The notes under the pieces: model-generated
What the model saw: the letters and a program-made list of their open reading frames with translations, nothing else
The model's database searches: none
What the model was told of the DNA's origin: nothing
IMG/VR virus record: IMGVR_UViG_3300025312_000002
Location: 1-64,000 of that record
Reading direction: 5' to 3' (one strand)
DNA: 64,000 bases
Origin: a virus
Made by a program: the position numbers and the translations under genes
Shown: in pieces, positions 39,731 to 49,314 of the stretch
Position numbering within the stretch: position 1 is the first letter of the stretch
Layout: each line of letters starts with the position of its first letter

Positions 39731-41023
39731 TTAGTTAATTTCTCTTATTGATCGTTGCTGTAGTAAATATTGTGGAAAGTATGTTTCATAGGTTTTTTTA
39801 TCTACAAAGTAAACCGGATGAATTTCCATTCCTGTATTGCTTTTCTTTTGGAAATATTCGCAAAGCTCTCTTGCAAGACTTACTTCAGTAAATCCCACTG
39901 AAGTAAATTGATGTTTATATTCTTTATAAAATTCTGTTACCTTGTTTGCTCCTTTAACAAACTGATTTTCTTGTTCTGCGGTAAAATTCCCTCCTATCCC
40001 GCCTAGAACAGAATGTCTGTACCAATCAACAATTGTTTTGTGAACAACAGGATTGATGGGTTTTAGATTGTTGTCAAAGCTTTTCAACAATTGAGGTTCA
40101 GTTTCAAGATACTTCTGGAACAATGATCTATCTCCATTAGTTGAGTAGTTGTTCCAAACAAACTGATGGAAATATTGCTTTTGCAAGAAATCTTTATTCA
40201 TAGGTTGAAACTTTAAATTCAATGCTGCCAAACTATAATTTTCAATTGCTTTCAAAATGTCCTGTTTTGAATATTGCTTATCAAATAATTTCCCATTCAA
40301 GATGTTTTTACAAGAGGCAAGGTTTGTTTTAGATGTTTCTGTAGTTTCTTTTGGAACCTTCAAACCTTTGTTTTCCCAATAATCAAGGATTGATTTTACT
40401 TCAGCAGCATAGTTTGTTTGTTTAACAAGAACTTTATTCTTTGGGGTGGGTTTAGATTTAACAAGTGTTTCTTTTCTTTTCATTAATATAGGTCTTGCAA
40501 TATTAGCAATACAAGAAGTGTTGGAAGAAACTTGTTTCTTTACACTTTCTTCTTTAGAAGAAAGATTATTTATATTCTTATTATTTATATTCTTATTAGG
40601 ATGTAAAACAGAGTTGTCATTAGAGTGTAAAATGGGTTTGTCTTCCTGATGTAAAATGGACTTTACATCTGAAACACTACTCTCAGGTAAGATTTCAAGA
40701 ATGGGATGAAGAAGAAAAGAGTAAGAATTATTGAAATGGAGTAGAACTTCTTGTCCTTGAGGTTTATTAATCTTAATAAACTTTGCTTGGACAAGCTCCC
40801 TAATTAAATTGTTAATTTGTTGTCGGGATAAACTCATCTCTTCAGCCAGTAGCTCTTGGGACGGAAAACATTTTCCGTCCCTTCCTGCATGATACACTAA
40901 AATTGACCATAAGATTTTTGCTGATGAAGATAAACCAGGAAATTTTGTAAGACAAAAAGGCAGATTAAAACTATTATAAGTGCCATAAGGATTAAATGTT
41001 TTTTGGGTATCGTTTTCCATATT
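39731..41023 (-). CDS. HTH-containing replication initiator-like protein
   Basis: LS..AK.L...L, CFPSQE.LA, S...I...I.EL wHTH; adjacent to helicase; likely start MENDT. Confidence 0.65.
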   Translation of the reverse strand, partial: NMENDTQKTFNPYGTYNSFNLPFCLTKFPGLSSSAKILWSILVYHAGRDGKCFPSQELLAEEMSLSRQQINNLIRELVQAKFIKINKPQGQEVLLHFNNSYSFLLHPILEILPESSVSDVKSILHQEDKPILHSNDNSVLHPNKNINNKNINNLSSKEESVKKQVSSNTSCIANIARPILMKRKETLVKSKPTPKNKVLVKQTNYAAEVKSILDYWENKGLKVPKETTETSKTNLASCKNILNGKLFDKQYSKQDILKAIENYSLAALNLKFQPMNKDFLQKQYFHQFVWNNYSTNGDRSLFQKYLETEPQLLKSFDNNLKPINPVVHKTIVDWYRHSVLGGIGGNFTAEQENQFVKGANKVTEFYKEYKHQFTSVGFTEVSLARELCEYFQKKSNTGMEIHPVYFVDKKTYETYFPQYLLQQRSIREIN

Positions 41024-41153
41024 TGCTTTTATCCTCCGTTGAATCGAAACAAACCGAGTGACATTTGGGACACATGTGAACCTCATATTTTCTAGGAAGC
41101 CATTTGTGAGTGCACTGCAAGCATTTCATTTCTTTGATTGTCCGTAGTTTCAT
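40992..41153 (-). CDS. Small Zn-finger protein
   Basis: CLQC.H.W...CPKC; GGAGG RBS and TTGACA-N17-TATAGC promoter at 41183-41211. Confidence 0.6.
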   Translation of the reverse strand: MKLRTIKEMKCLQCTHKWLPRKYEVHMCPKCHSVCFDSTEDKSKYGKRYPKNI

Positions 41154-41221
41154 AGTGTTAGCTCCTCCTTTCATTATCTATAGCTATACCTACGTTTAAA
41201 TTGATTGTCAAGCAAATATTT

Positions 41222-42115
41222 TTAAAATCCTAAAAATGCTTTTAATTTCAATGCTTCAATAGGGGACATATCAGCAGGATCGCCTTTGTCCAACGACAGA
41301 ATTTCAACAGAGCCAATAAAGCAAGAAAGCTCATTTGCAAGTTTTTCAGATTGAGCAGCAGCATCTTGATCATAAAGAACAAACACTTTCTTTAACCCAA
41401 TCAATAAAGATAGTTGCTGTCGAGTATATTGAACACCAAAAGTAGCAATAGCTCCTGCACCCAATCTCCAAACATCAGTAACACCTTCAACAATAATTGC
41501 TTTGTCTCGAACAGCATCAAGATTATAAAGACATTCTTTAATTGGAATCTTGCTTAACTCAACGGGACAATTCAGATATTTTAGAGTGTTTTTTTCTGTG
41601 GCATCTCTGCCCAAATAGGCAACAAGTTCATATTGTTGATAAATAGGAATAATAATTCTATAAGCAAAATCTGTTCCAATTGCTCCTGCATACAAATCAT
41701 AGGTTTTAATGATTGTATCAGGTTGAAAATTCCTCTTAAAAAGGTAATTCGTAAAAACTCCAGTAAAATTCTTACTGCTTCCTTTGGGTAGATCAACTGA
41801 ACTTTGGGGCCTCACTTCTTCTTTTGGGTTCAAATAAGCCAAAGAAGAGTCTTGGAATTTATAGAAGATGGCTATAGCTTGGTTATAAGAAACTAGGGAT
41901 ACTTCTTGGATCAGTTTAAGCACATTGCTTCTCACCCCACACTTCCAGCAGGATATGGTTTTGGACTGCTTATGTATTCCTAGATGGAAGGAATTGTCAT
42001 CACAGAAAGGACAGCAAACCCCAATATAGTTCTTGCTGATATTCTTTCCAGATTCCCGATATTCAATTCCAAGAGATTCAAGGTATGCAATTGTGTCAAA
42101 TGATTCCAGGTTCAT
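41222..42115 (-). CDS. DNA primase (Zn-binding domain + TOPRIM)
   Basis: CPFC...H...CWKC, RIIIP, GR, EG..D, D.D motifs. Confidence 0.85.
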   Translation of the reverse strand: MNLESFDTIAYLESLGIEYRESGKNISKNYIGVCCPFCDDNSFHLGIHKQSKTISCWKCGVRSNVLKLIQEVSLVSYNQAIAIFYKFQDSSLAYLNPKEEVRPQSSVDLPKGSSKNFTGVFTNYLFKRNFQPDTIIKTYDLYAGAIGTDFAYRIIIPIYQQYELVAYLGRDATEKNTLKYLNCPVELSKIPIKECLYNLDAVRDKAIIVEGVTDVWRLGAGAIATFGVQYTRQQLSLLIGLKKVFVLYDQDAAAQSEKLANELSCFIGSVEILSLDKGDPADMSPIEALKLKAFLGF

Positions 42116-43471
42116 CTACATCCAACCTTGATCCATGTAAGTGCAAATACGTTCTCCTGAATGCTCAATTAAAAATCTATGGCTAACATCCCAAAGGTCA
42201 TAAATAATAACATCTTTCTTATCCTTTGTTACTCGTAAGCCTCTTCCGATTGTTTGGAGCGTTCTGATTTCTGATTTCCCTCCCGCAGCATTGATAATCA
42301 CGTTAAGAGAACGGATAGAAATTCCTTCATACCATATTACTGTCGAAATAACGCATTTGATATGTTTAGCATCTAGTGCTTCTTTAGTTTCCACACGCAC
42401 ATCATTGCCTGTACTCCCTTGAACAAAAAGGATAGGTAGGTTCTTCTCTCTCCCAATTTCAAGTAAATTATTTCCGTGCTCAATGTGATTAACAAGAATG
42501 AGAACGCTGTCACCTTTATTAACATGTTCCAGAGCTTTATCAATAATCAGATTGTTTCTTACTGAACTGTGGACAACCCCTTCTGCATAAACGTCTTGAT
42601 ATTGTCGCAGTTCATTAACAGAATGATTTTTAGGCACTCTGAGAAGGCTTATAACAGGCTTTGCAATAATGCCTAAGTCATTGCCTTCTTGAACTGATAA
42701 AGAAGCTACAAGAGGCCCTATAAGCCCTTCCGAGGCAAGTTTTCCTTCTTCTGTATCAATAGGAGTAGCAGTTAAACCAAATCGTAAAGGTGCAGGCAAT
42801 TTCGTAAGTATGTCAAAATAATCCGATTTAAAGGAATTACAATGATGGGCTTCATCCACAATGATCATATCATAATCGTCTTGATTGACCTTCTTGAATG
42901 TTTGACGGGTAGCAATTGTTATTTGCTTATTCAATTCTAGCTTCCCATCACCTACTAAACCTATTGAAGTGAAACCAAACTTCTTGAATTCGTTTGCTGT
43001 TTGGATCATTAAATCCTTTGTGTGACAAAGCCAAAGGAGTTTACAATTATCGAAACAGGAGTAAAGGGCAATCCCTATTATGGTTTTTCCACTGCCTGTG
43101 GGTGCTTGTATGATTCCTCTCTGGGCAACACAAGCTTGTTGGATTAACTTTTCCTGATCTTCTCTTAGGACTAGATTTTTTACTTTGTACTTATGATGCT
43201 GAATAGGTGCAGATATGCCTAAACTTTCAACTGAGAGCGTCGGCAAGGGGCTTATCTTTTTTAAATGAGCAATGACCCTAGGCAGCAATCCTGTAAGGAA
43301 ATAATATGATCCACTATCATCTTTAGTTAAAGATGATTTTTGGTACTCTTTTCTTATTTTCCTAAAAGCTGTTTGTTGGTAAAAAACAGATGTGTAAGAT
43401 AAGATGGGTCGGATTAAAGTTGCTGTTTTTGCATCTACTTTACATTCTATTGGATTAAGATAATTAATCAT
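42116..43471 (-). CDS. SF2 DEAH helicase (UvsW/T5 D10-like)
   Basis: PTGSGKT, DEAHH, LTATP, Q.IGR.LR. Confidence 0.9.
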   Translation of the reverse strand: MINYLNPIECKVDAKTATLIRPILSYTSVFYQQTAFRKIRKEYQKSSLTKDDSGSYYFLTGLLPRVIAHLKKISPLPTLSVESLGISAPIQHHKYKVKNLVLREDQEKLIQQACVAQRGIIQAPTGSGKTIIGIALYSCFDNCKLLWLCHTKDLMIQTANEFKKFGFTSIGLVGDGKLELNKQITIATRQTFKKVNQDDYDMIIVDEAHHCNSFKSDYFDILTKLPAPLRFGLTATPIDTEEGKLASEGLIGPLVASLSVQEGNDLGIIAKPVISLLRVPKNHSVNELRQYQDVYAEGVVHSSVRNNLIIDKALEHVNKGDSVLILVNHIEHGNNLLEIGREKNLPILFVQGSTGNDVRVETKEALDAKHIKCVISTVIWYEGISIRSLNVIINAAGGKSEIRTLQTIGRGLRVTKDKKDVIIYDLWDVSHRFLIEHSGERICTYMDQGWM

Positions 43472-43473
43472 TG

Positions 43474-43719
43474 TTACTCCTTTGCTGCTGTTATGGCATC
43501 AATTGTTTCTTCAAGGGAATTTTCTGCTTCGTCCATACTGTCTATTGCAGATTGCATTTCTTCCCCCCGTTCCGCTTGCTGTAGTCCTTCTGGAAGATTA
43601 TCGTATGCTTCTTGTTCCCCGTTTCTAATCTCTCCCAATTGGTTTTTAATTTCATCAAGTTTATCGCTCAATTGTTGAAGCTGTGAACGTCTAGATTTAT
43701 TCATGGTTTTCCTTTCCAC
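43474..43719 (-). CDS. Conserved phage hypothetical protein (EQEAYDNLPE family)
   Basis: MNK.RR...EQEAYDNLPEGLQ..ERGE motif. Confidence 0.65.
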   Translation of the reverse strand: MERKTMNKSRRSQLQQLSDKLDEIKNQLGEIRNGEQEAYDNLPEGLQQAERGEEMQSAIDSMDEAENSLEETIDAITAAKE

Positions 43720-43932
43720 ACCTTTCGGTGTTTGTCAAAAATGCAATCTGTATCATAACTACCATTAGGGAAGAAGATAGAAAATGTGTCTTTTTCTTTT
43801 GGAATGATAGCAGCTACAGTTTTTATAGGATCGCTAAATATATCATGTTCAAAAAATATGGTTTTAACTGTTATATCTTTTAAAAGAATCACGGCAATTT
43901 CTCCTTTTATATTATAACCTCTTTTTTCAAAG

Positions 43933-44235
43933 CTAGAAACTCCGAGAGAATTCTTTTAGTTCTTCTATTACAGAAAATACTTTTTTAAATGCCCAACCTT
44001 GATCTCGAAGCATTTGACGGATTTTCATATGTCGCAGTTTTCCATTTCCTAAAAAACAATCATCTGCTGCTTCAATGAAAATATCCAGAGCTTGTTTAGC
44101 ATCTTCAGATAGACCTTGCAAAATTTGACTTCCAATAAGAATTGATTCCGGAGTTTCATTTGAAACTAAATTAGCATCTTCGATAGGAACAAATTCTCCA
44201 AAATAAACATTAGCAGCCATTTCTAAATCCATCAT
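43933..44235 (-). CDS. Hypothetical helical protein
   Basis: GGAG RBS, co-directional. Confidence 0.55.
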   Translation of the reverse strand: MMDLEMAANVYFGEFVPIEDANLVSNETPESILIGSQILQGLSEDAKQALDIFIEAADDCFLGNGKLRHMKIRQMLRDQGWAFKKVFSVIEELKEFSRSF

Positions 44236-44588
44236 AGTGTCCTCCTTTTCTTCAAAATGATTGATTTAACTTCTGCCTCTGCACGTTTTCTCAACACAGG
44301 TTTTGGGACAGCAAAATCATTGATTGCTTTTTTCTGCTTGCAGGTTTTACATCCAATAGACTCATGCTTTTGGGATGATAAACAAGCTGTTATATCTTTC
44401 CAACAAATAAATATATCACACCAAAAGATTGTTGCAGCAGAAAAATGTTCACATCTTTTATTATGCTTATCAAACATATTGTCTTTTGAAGGACAATATC
44501 TTGTTTGATAGATAATAGCTCCTTTCCCATTCCTGCTATTTTCTCGCAGTTCTGCTTCTTGGAATTTCTTACAATACTGACAGGACAT
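44232..44588 (-). CDS. Cys-rich hypothetical protein
   Basis: Many Cys; basic C-terminus; GGAGG RBS. Confidence 0.6.
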   Translation of the reverse strand: MSCQYCKKFQEAELRENSRNGKGAIIYQTRYCPSKDNMFDKHNKRCEHFSAATIFWCDIFICWKDITACLSSQKHESIGCKTCKQKKAINDFAVPKPVLRKRAEAEVKSIILKKRRTL

Positions 44589-44599
44589 TTCCTTTCCTC

Positions 44600-44848
44600 C
44601 TATTCCAATTCATAATTTTTCTGTTTGTTAAATTTCCGAGGAATTTTTGGCACTTCCCTTTGGATTTTAAAGTTGTCCTTCTCACCTGAAAAATAATTTC
44701 TGATTGTCCAGTGAATAACACCCAGCTTTTTTGCCAAGGCGTTTGTCAGAGTCATCCATTCCTGTCCTTCGGGGGCATGTCTATATAAGACATGAGTTTC
44801 CCCTTGGTAGTTAAATTCGCCCTTGAACAAATCGTTTTGTCGGCTCAT
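44600..44848 (-). CDS. Hypothetical protein
   Basis: N-terminal QNDLF (clamp-binding-like). Confidence 0.5.
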   Translation of the reverse strand: MSRQNDLFKGEFNYQGETHVLYRHAPEGQEWMTLTNALAKKLGVIHWTIRNYFSGEKDNFKIQREVPKIPRKFNKQKNYELE

Positions 44849-44993
44849 TGCTCTCAAGCTCTTCCAGCACTTTAACTATCCCTTGACGTATCAAGGCTGA
44901 TTTGCTTGTGGACATTCTTTCAACTTGGAGATCAAGTCGATCATCTAAGCTTTCTGGCAATCTCAAAAAAATACTTTTTCCTGTGCTTTTCAT
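44811..44993 (-). CDS. Ribbon-helix-helix (CopG-like) DNA-binding protein
   Basis: IFLRLPESL...SKSALIR..I. Confidence 0.7.
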   Translation of the reverse strand: MKSTGKSIFLRLPESLDDRLDLQVERMSTSKSALIRQGIVKVLEELESNEPTKRFVQGRI

Positions 44994-45199
44994 CTGGTTC
45001 TCCTTTTAAGGTAGTTGATGGTAAGTTATTCTTCTTCATTACAAATGGTTTCAAGCTGTGCTTCTGTCACACCTTGCATCAAAGCAGGAAACTCTTGTTT
45101 TAAGGCAAGGTAAAGGATTGTAAAAGGCACTTCTTCAACACCTTTAGACATAGCAAGCTTATTAAAAACGATCTCAACAGCTTCTTTTAAATTCATATT

Positions 45200-45388
45200 T
45201 CACCCCTTTGCCCAAATGATAGATTTTTCAGTTCTGTTCAACTCAATTGCTTCATGCTGGGCTTTTTCTTCTGTAGTGAATGATTTGGCTATTGTGTATT
45301 TAAGATAATCATATACATGGGTTTTAAAAGCTATGAATCTTTCGGTTTTGCTTTTGTAATGCTCTTTAAAATTAATTTCTTTTTCCAT
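45200..45388 (-). CDS. Hypothetical protein
   Basis: Coupled early ORF. Confidence 0.5.
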   Translation of the reverse strand: MEKEINFKEHYKSKTERFIAFKTHVYDYLKYTIAKSFTTEEKAQHEAIELNRTEKSIIWAKG

Positions 45389-45582
45389 TAGCTTCCCCTT
45401 TTCTTTAATGTGGGTTTAACTTCTTTTCTTGATTCCATAAAAGCAATCATGTCTTTTTGTTCTGACGGATGTTTCTTCCAGTAATCAAACCAGTTCTTCG
45501 TTCCGGGAACTAATTGCTGAAAAGCAATCTTTTCTTCTTCTTCAAGTATTCTTTTGGTTCTCATGTCTTCACCTGTAATCAA
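45388..45582 (-). CDS. Hypothetical protein
   Basis: Ends KPTLKKRGS. Confidence 0.5.
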   Translation of the reverse strand: MITGEDMRTKRILEEEEKIAFQQLVPGTKNWFDYWKKHPSEQKDMIAFMESRKEVKPTLKKRGS

Positions 45583-45600
45583 GAATATAATTACTAGCTA

Positions 45601-45873
45601 TCAATTGTCAAGGTACTTTTTCAATTCATTATCTTTAGCAGCAATTCTCCAGGTGCAGTTATTGTGTTTAGGACTTCCTTGAAATACACCGGGCTTTTCA
45701 AAGTCAACACAACTAAATTCTGAATGGGAATTTACTGATGGAACATTTATTACTTTTATTTTTCCTACTTCTCCTGGCTGAATAACAACTTCTGGGTTTC
45801 CTCCATAAGAGGAGTAATATGCAGTTATCGGCTTTGTTATTGTGACTTTATCTCCCACTTTAAATTTTGTCAT
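45601..45873 (-). CDS. SH3/KOW-like hypothetical protein
   Basis: FKVGDKV...G.VG.I; AAGGAGAGG RBS. Confidence 0.6.
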   Translation of the reverse strand: MTKFKVGDKVTITKPITAYYSSYGGNPEVVIQPGEVGKIKVINVPSVNSHSEFSCVDFEKPGVFQGSPKHNNCTWRIAAKDNELKKYLDN

Positions 45874-45896
45874 TTTTCCTCTCCTTCTTAATTGGT

Positions 45897-46073
45897 TTAA
45901 ACATCGTATTTTCGGGAATCACAATGCTTGAAAGAATCTCTCCCATTATATGTTCCCATATACATGTAATCTCCGGCAAAATTCTTATCCTCCAGATTTA
46001 TTGTTAATCTTCCTTCTGCAATAGCTTGATTAAATGCTTCATTTGGATTTCTATTTGTATACTCTTTTTTCAT
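45897..46073 (-). CDS. Hypothetical protein
   Basis: AAGGTG RBS before MKKE; YMYMG motif. Confidence 0.55.
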   Translation of the reverse strand: MKKEYTNRNPNEAFNQAIAEGRLTINLEDKNFAGDYMYMGTYNGRDSFKHCDSRKYDV

Positions 46074-46090
46074 AGACTTCACCTTATTTT

Positions 46091-46408
46091 TTAGTATATT
46101 AATCCAGCTAAAAAATCTCCTTCTTCTACTGATAGCTTTCCTACAAACCAAGGAAAAATTTCCACATTGTAAAACACTTTCTTTTTGAAGGTAATGGTTG
46201 TTTCTTTTCTGATATACAAAAGAGCTCCAATTAAAGACTCATAACCCATTCCTGAATCTAAAGCACCCGTTTTGAGCATTTCCTTTGCTTCGGTTTTTAA
46301 TGCTCTTAAAGAAGAAAACCCAGACAGCTCTGTTGCTGCATATCTACACTTTCCTCCTCCCCAACAATTTCCATAAACAACTCCTGTTGCTGAATAACTT
46401 TTGCTCAT
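46091..46408 (-). CDS. Conserved phage hypothetical protein (G..WGGG...LD.GMG.E)
   Basis: GGAGG RBS; conserved-looking motifs. Confidence 0.6.
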   Translation of the reverse strand: MSKSYSATGVVYGNCWGGGKCRYAATELSGFSSLRALKTEAKEMLKTGALDSGMGYESLIGALLYIRKETTITFKKKVFYNVEIFPWFVGKLSVEEGDFLAGLIY

Positions 46409-46444
46409 TTTCTTTTCCTCCTTTCTGGTTGATGGTATGCCCCT

Positions 46445-46588
46445 CTACGAGTTAAAAAACAACACCACATATGCCAACGCACCAACCCCCAGGAGCAAGA
46501 TCACGCCCCCGGCAATGTCCCGCCACGAGTATTTTGGCAAGGGGTCCATGTACGGATGCCTCATATTTTTTAGCTCATTTTTTGTCAT
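46445..46588 (-). CDS. Small membrane peptide (47 aa, not in ORF track)
   Basis: MTKNEL...IAGGVILLLGVGALAYVVLFF; ATGA-coupled to upstream ORF. Confidence 0.5.
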   Translation of the reverse strand: MTKNELKNMRHPYMDPLPKYSWRDIAGGVILLLGVGALAYVVLFFNS

Positions 46589-46731
46589 TGGTATGCCCCC
46601 TTTTCAGCAAGTACCCGTTCCATTAATTCAAGATCCCTCTGCGCTATTTCGATTTGATTTTTCTGCCGCCTTATCATCGCCTGTAATTCTTCCTGTGTCC
46701 TGTCCCGCAATCTATCAATAAAATGTTTCAT
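46585..46731 (-). CDS. Small coiled-coil peptide (48 aa, not in ORF track)
   Basis: AAGGAGG RBS; MKHFIDRL...EKGAYQ. Confidence 0.5.
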   Translation of the reverse strand: MKHFIDRLRDRTQEELQAMIRRQKNQIEIAQRDLELMERVLAEKGAYQ

Positions 46732-46952
46732 GGTATGCCCTCCTTGTCATCGTTTGATTTTCATTCTCCATTATATCTAACAAAAGCTTCTTGTGTTTTT
46801 GCTTGGGAAATAAAAGCAAAAGGAGGCCAATGCCTCCACCTTCCTAAAATCATTTTTAAGCAAGCACCCCTTGTTTGCCAATCTGTCATTATAGAATATT
46901 TCTCATTCATGTTTTTTGTCCAAACTCTATATATAATTTTCTTCTCCTTTCA

Positions 46953-47141
46953 TTAGCAGTAGGTATCATCCCACAATTTGATTTCATCCTTCTCATCCAT
47001 TGTCAATGTTTTTCCCTCTTGGAGCAGAGTGTGAATGTGTTGCAAAACCAGCAATTCCGTTTCCCTTTGTTCTTCTGATTTTTCAATTTCTAGGGACTTT
47101 TTTGCTAATCTCACAAGAGTATCAATAGTTACAAACTCCAT
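46953..47141 (-). CDS. Hypothetical protein
   Basis: AAGGAG RBS before MEFV. Confidence 0.5.
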   Translation of the reverse strand: MEFVTIDTLVRLAKKSLEIEKSEEQRETELLVLQHIHTLLQEGKTLTMDEKDEIKLWDDTYC

Positions 47142-47380
47142 TTCATTTCTCCTTTTACATCTCAATATAAAGCGTTTTTAAATAGCTGTCAGTTCTTCTG
47201 AATGGATCAGACAGATCACCCTCTTTTGATCGGACAAGGCATTTTTCTTTTCATATTGACAAAAGACAGGATTAAAATTCCCGATCGCTTCTGCTCGGAG
47301 CACTCGCTTTATTGTTTTTATGAGTTCTCCGGGTTCAAAATAGTTTTCTCCTTTTTTCCGAACTTCTACAGTATGGCGTT

Positions 47381-47860
47381 TCATATTTTTCTCTCCTTCT
47401 CTTTAAGGTTGGCTTTTCCTTTCTTTACTTTGAAAATAGGATAAGGAGCTTTCCCACTTTCAAACCAATCATCACCAAAACAATAAGTTTTAGGCCCAAG
47501 ATTATCAGGAGACATTAAATCCCCTGCACCAGGAGCACAGGGAGAACAATAAGCACAACGGGTGTAGAAAGGTGATCTGAGTATGAAAATATCCATATCA
47601 TCATAATCCTGGGTGCAAATGTAGCCTTCTTTTTCATACTGAAAACCGTCTGCTTCACAATCAGGACACTCGTCATATTGAACATCACCACTACTGTCGG
47701 GCTTGTGTTCACAGTTTCCACAAATGTAAATAGGTTCTGAACTATCTGCCCACACTTGAAGAACTTCCTTTTGGTTAATAACTCCATAATGAATAATTCC
47801 TGTTTTTACATCTACATTTGTTGTTCCATTTCCATAGTGATCTACAAGTTCTTTTTTCAT
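47381..47860 (-). CDS. Cys-rich conserved phage protein (CSPCAPGAGD motif)
   Basis: TGI.YGVI, SP.YT.C..CSPC.PGAG.L; start after repeated RBS element. Confidence 0.7.
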   Translation of the reverse strand: MKKELVDHYGNGTTNVDVKTGIIHYGVINQKEVLQVWADSSEPIYICGNCEHKPDSSGDVQYDECPDCEADGFQYEKEGYICTQDYDDMDIFILRSPFYTRCAYCSPCAPGAGDLMSPDNLGPKTYCFGDDWFESGKAPYPIFKVKKGKANLKEKERKI

Positions 47861-47941
47861 TTTTATTCTCTCCTTCTCTTTATTGGGAACGTAAATGTTC
47901 CAGCGAATTGCAAAAGTTTCCCTTTGCAATTCAAGCAACAT

Positions 47942-48220
47942 TTACAGACTCTTTAGAACCCAGGACAGGAAATATTTGAGCCACTCAAAACCTTTTGGAG
48001 CAGAAACACTTATTCCTGTTCTTACTTTTCCATCATGACAAAGTACAGCAGTTGAATAATTCTTCCAAAGAGCATAATTTTTGTTGAGTGTATAATACCT
48101 ATACAAGATTTTCCCGTAGTAAATCTTTTTGTGGTTTGCATGTAAAACTATTTTCATTCCTTTTGGGTAAAGAGCTGAACTTATTTTATGCCAATTTTTA
48201 TTTCTTGCTTTATGTTCCAT
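47942..48220 (-). CDS. Hypothetical protein
   Basis: GGAGGAGAGG RBS. Confidence 0.55.
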   Translation of the reverse strand: MEHKARNKNWHKISSALYPKGMKIVLHANHKKIYYGKILYRYYTLNKNYALWKNYSTAVLCHDGKVRTGISVSAPKGFEWLKYFLSWVLKSL

Positions 48221-48234
48221 TTTCCTCTCCTCCT

Positions 48235-48447
48235 TTAAAACATTGAATGAAGTAGGTCCAGGAAGTCCTGGGCTTCTTGCTGTGAATTAAAACCCCCAAA
48301 ATTGAAGCTGTTAGTTTCATTGTACCAACCTTTAACACTCCAGATTCCGGGATAGGCGGCACTTTCTTCCACAGTAAACTCCTTGAGCTTTGCCAGAACA
48401 ACACTGGCTGTTTTCTTTCTGTTCCATGCTACTCTCTGTTTTAGCAT
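48235..48447 (-). CDS. Hypothetical protein
   Basis: Start MLKQ after repeated leader element. Confidence 0.6.
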   Translation of the reverse strand: MLKQRVAWNRKKTASVVLAKLKEFTVEESAAYPGIWSVKGWYNETNSFNFGGFNSQQEAQDFLDLLHSMF

Positions 48448-48528
48448 TTTCTCTCCTATTCTTTTGTTGGGAACATAAGTGTTCCAGGAAAAGCACATCT
48501 GTTTCTTGATATGCTTAACCCGCAGCAC

Positions 48529-48735
48529 TTATATTACTGACGATTCTTCTAAAATAAAATCAGGACATTGTTTTCTAAGCTTCTTGTGGAATGCTTTTTC
48601 TTTCATCGAGGAAGATGTTTGTATTGGCATTGTACTTCCTTCCTGATAAACAGCAATGTATAATCCCATTTCATACTGCTGAGTAATGAACTTGTTTTTT
48701 CCATCAGGAGCAGGAATAACGGTTATCATGGACAT
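48529..48735 (-). CDS. Hypothetical protein
   Basis: AAGGAG RBS before MSMI. Confidence 0.55.
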   Translation of the reverse strand: MSMITVIPAPDGKNKFITQQYEMGLYIAVYQEGSTMPIQTSSSMKEKAFHKKLRKQCPDFILEESSVI

Positions 48736-48789
48736 TTCTTTTCTCCTTTCTTGAATCATAAATTTCCCAGGGAAATCTAAATAACATCC

Positions 48790-49233
48790 TTATGGCATCA
48801 AACCTTCTTCTCGAAAACTAAAAACTGCATCATCTAAACCCAAAATGATATGATCATACACACTAATATCCAGTGCTTTTGCAACATCCGCAATCTGTTT
48901 GGTCATCCGAATATCAGATTCAGATGGGCGTAAGTGACCAGAAGGATGATTGTGTACAAGGATCATGGCACATGAGCAGGAAACAATGCTTGTTTTTATG
49001 ACTTCTCTTGGGTAAATACCAGCTTGATTTAATGAACCAACAGCCACTTGCACACAATTCAGCACATTTTGTGCATTTAGATGGAGAACAATGAATTTTT
49101 CTACATCAGAATCTTGCAATGATCTACAAAAGTTTAGTGTATCTTTAGTAGTTCCAAGAGTTTCTCGATTGTATGGAAAATCCTGCTCCCTAACCATTCT
49201 TGTTTGCAACTTTACAGCATACTTGGTTGTCAT
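48790..49233 (-). CDS. RadC-like JAB-domain protein
   Basis: E.F.VL.L, YPREV, HNHPSG...PS..D, DHIILG. Confidence 0.9.
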   Translation of the reverse strand: MTTKYAVKLQTRMVREQDFPYNRETLGTTKDTLNFCRSLQDSDVEKFIVLHLNAQNVLNCVQVAVGSLNQAGIYPREVIKTSIVSCSCAMILVHNHPSGHLRPSESDIRMTKQIADVAKALDISVYDHIILGLDDAVFSFREEGLMP

Positions 49234-49314
49234 TTTTCTCTCCTTCTCTTTAGTTAGTCCTTAATTGGACTATCAAGCTCTCTACTCCTCCAAGTAAAGA
49301 GCAAGACACTACAA

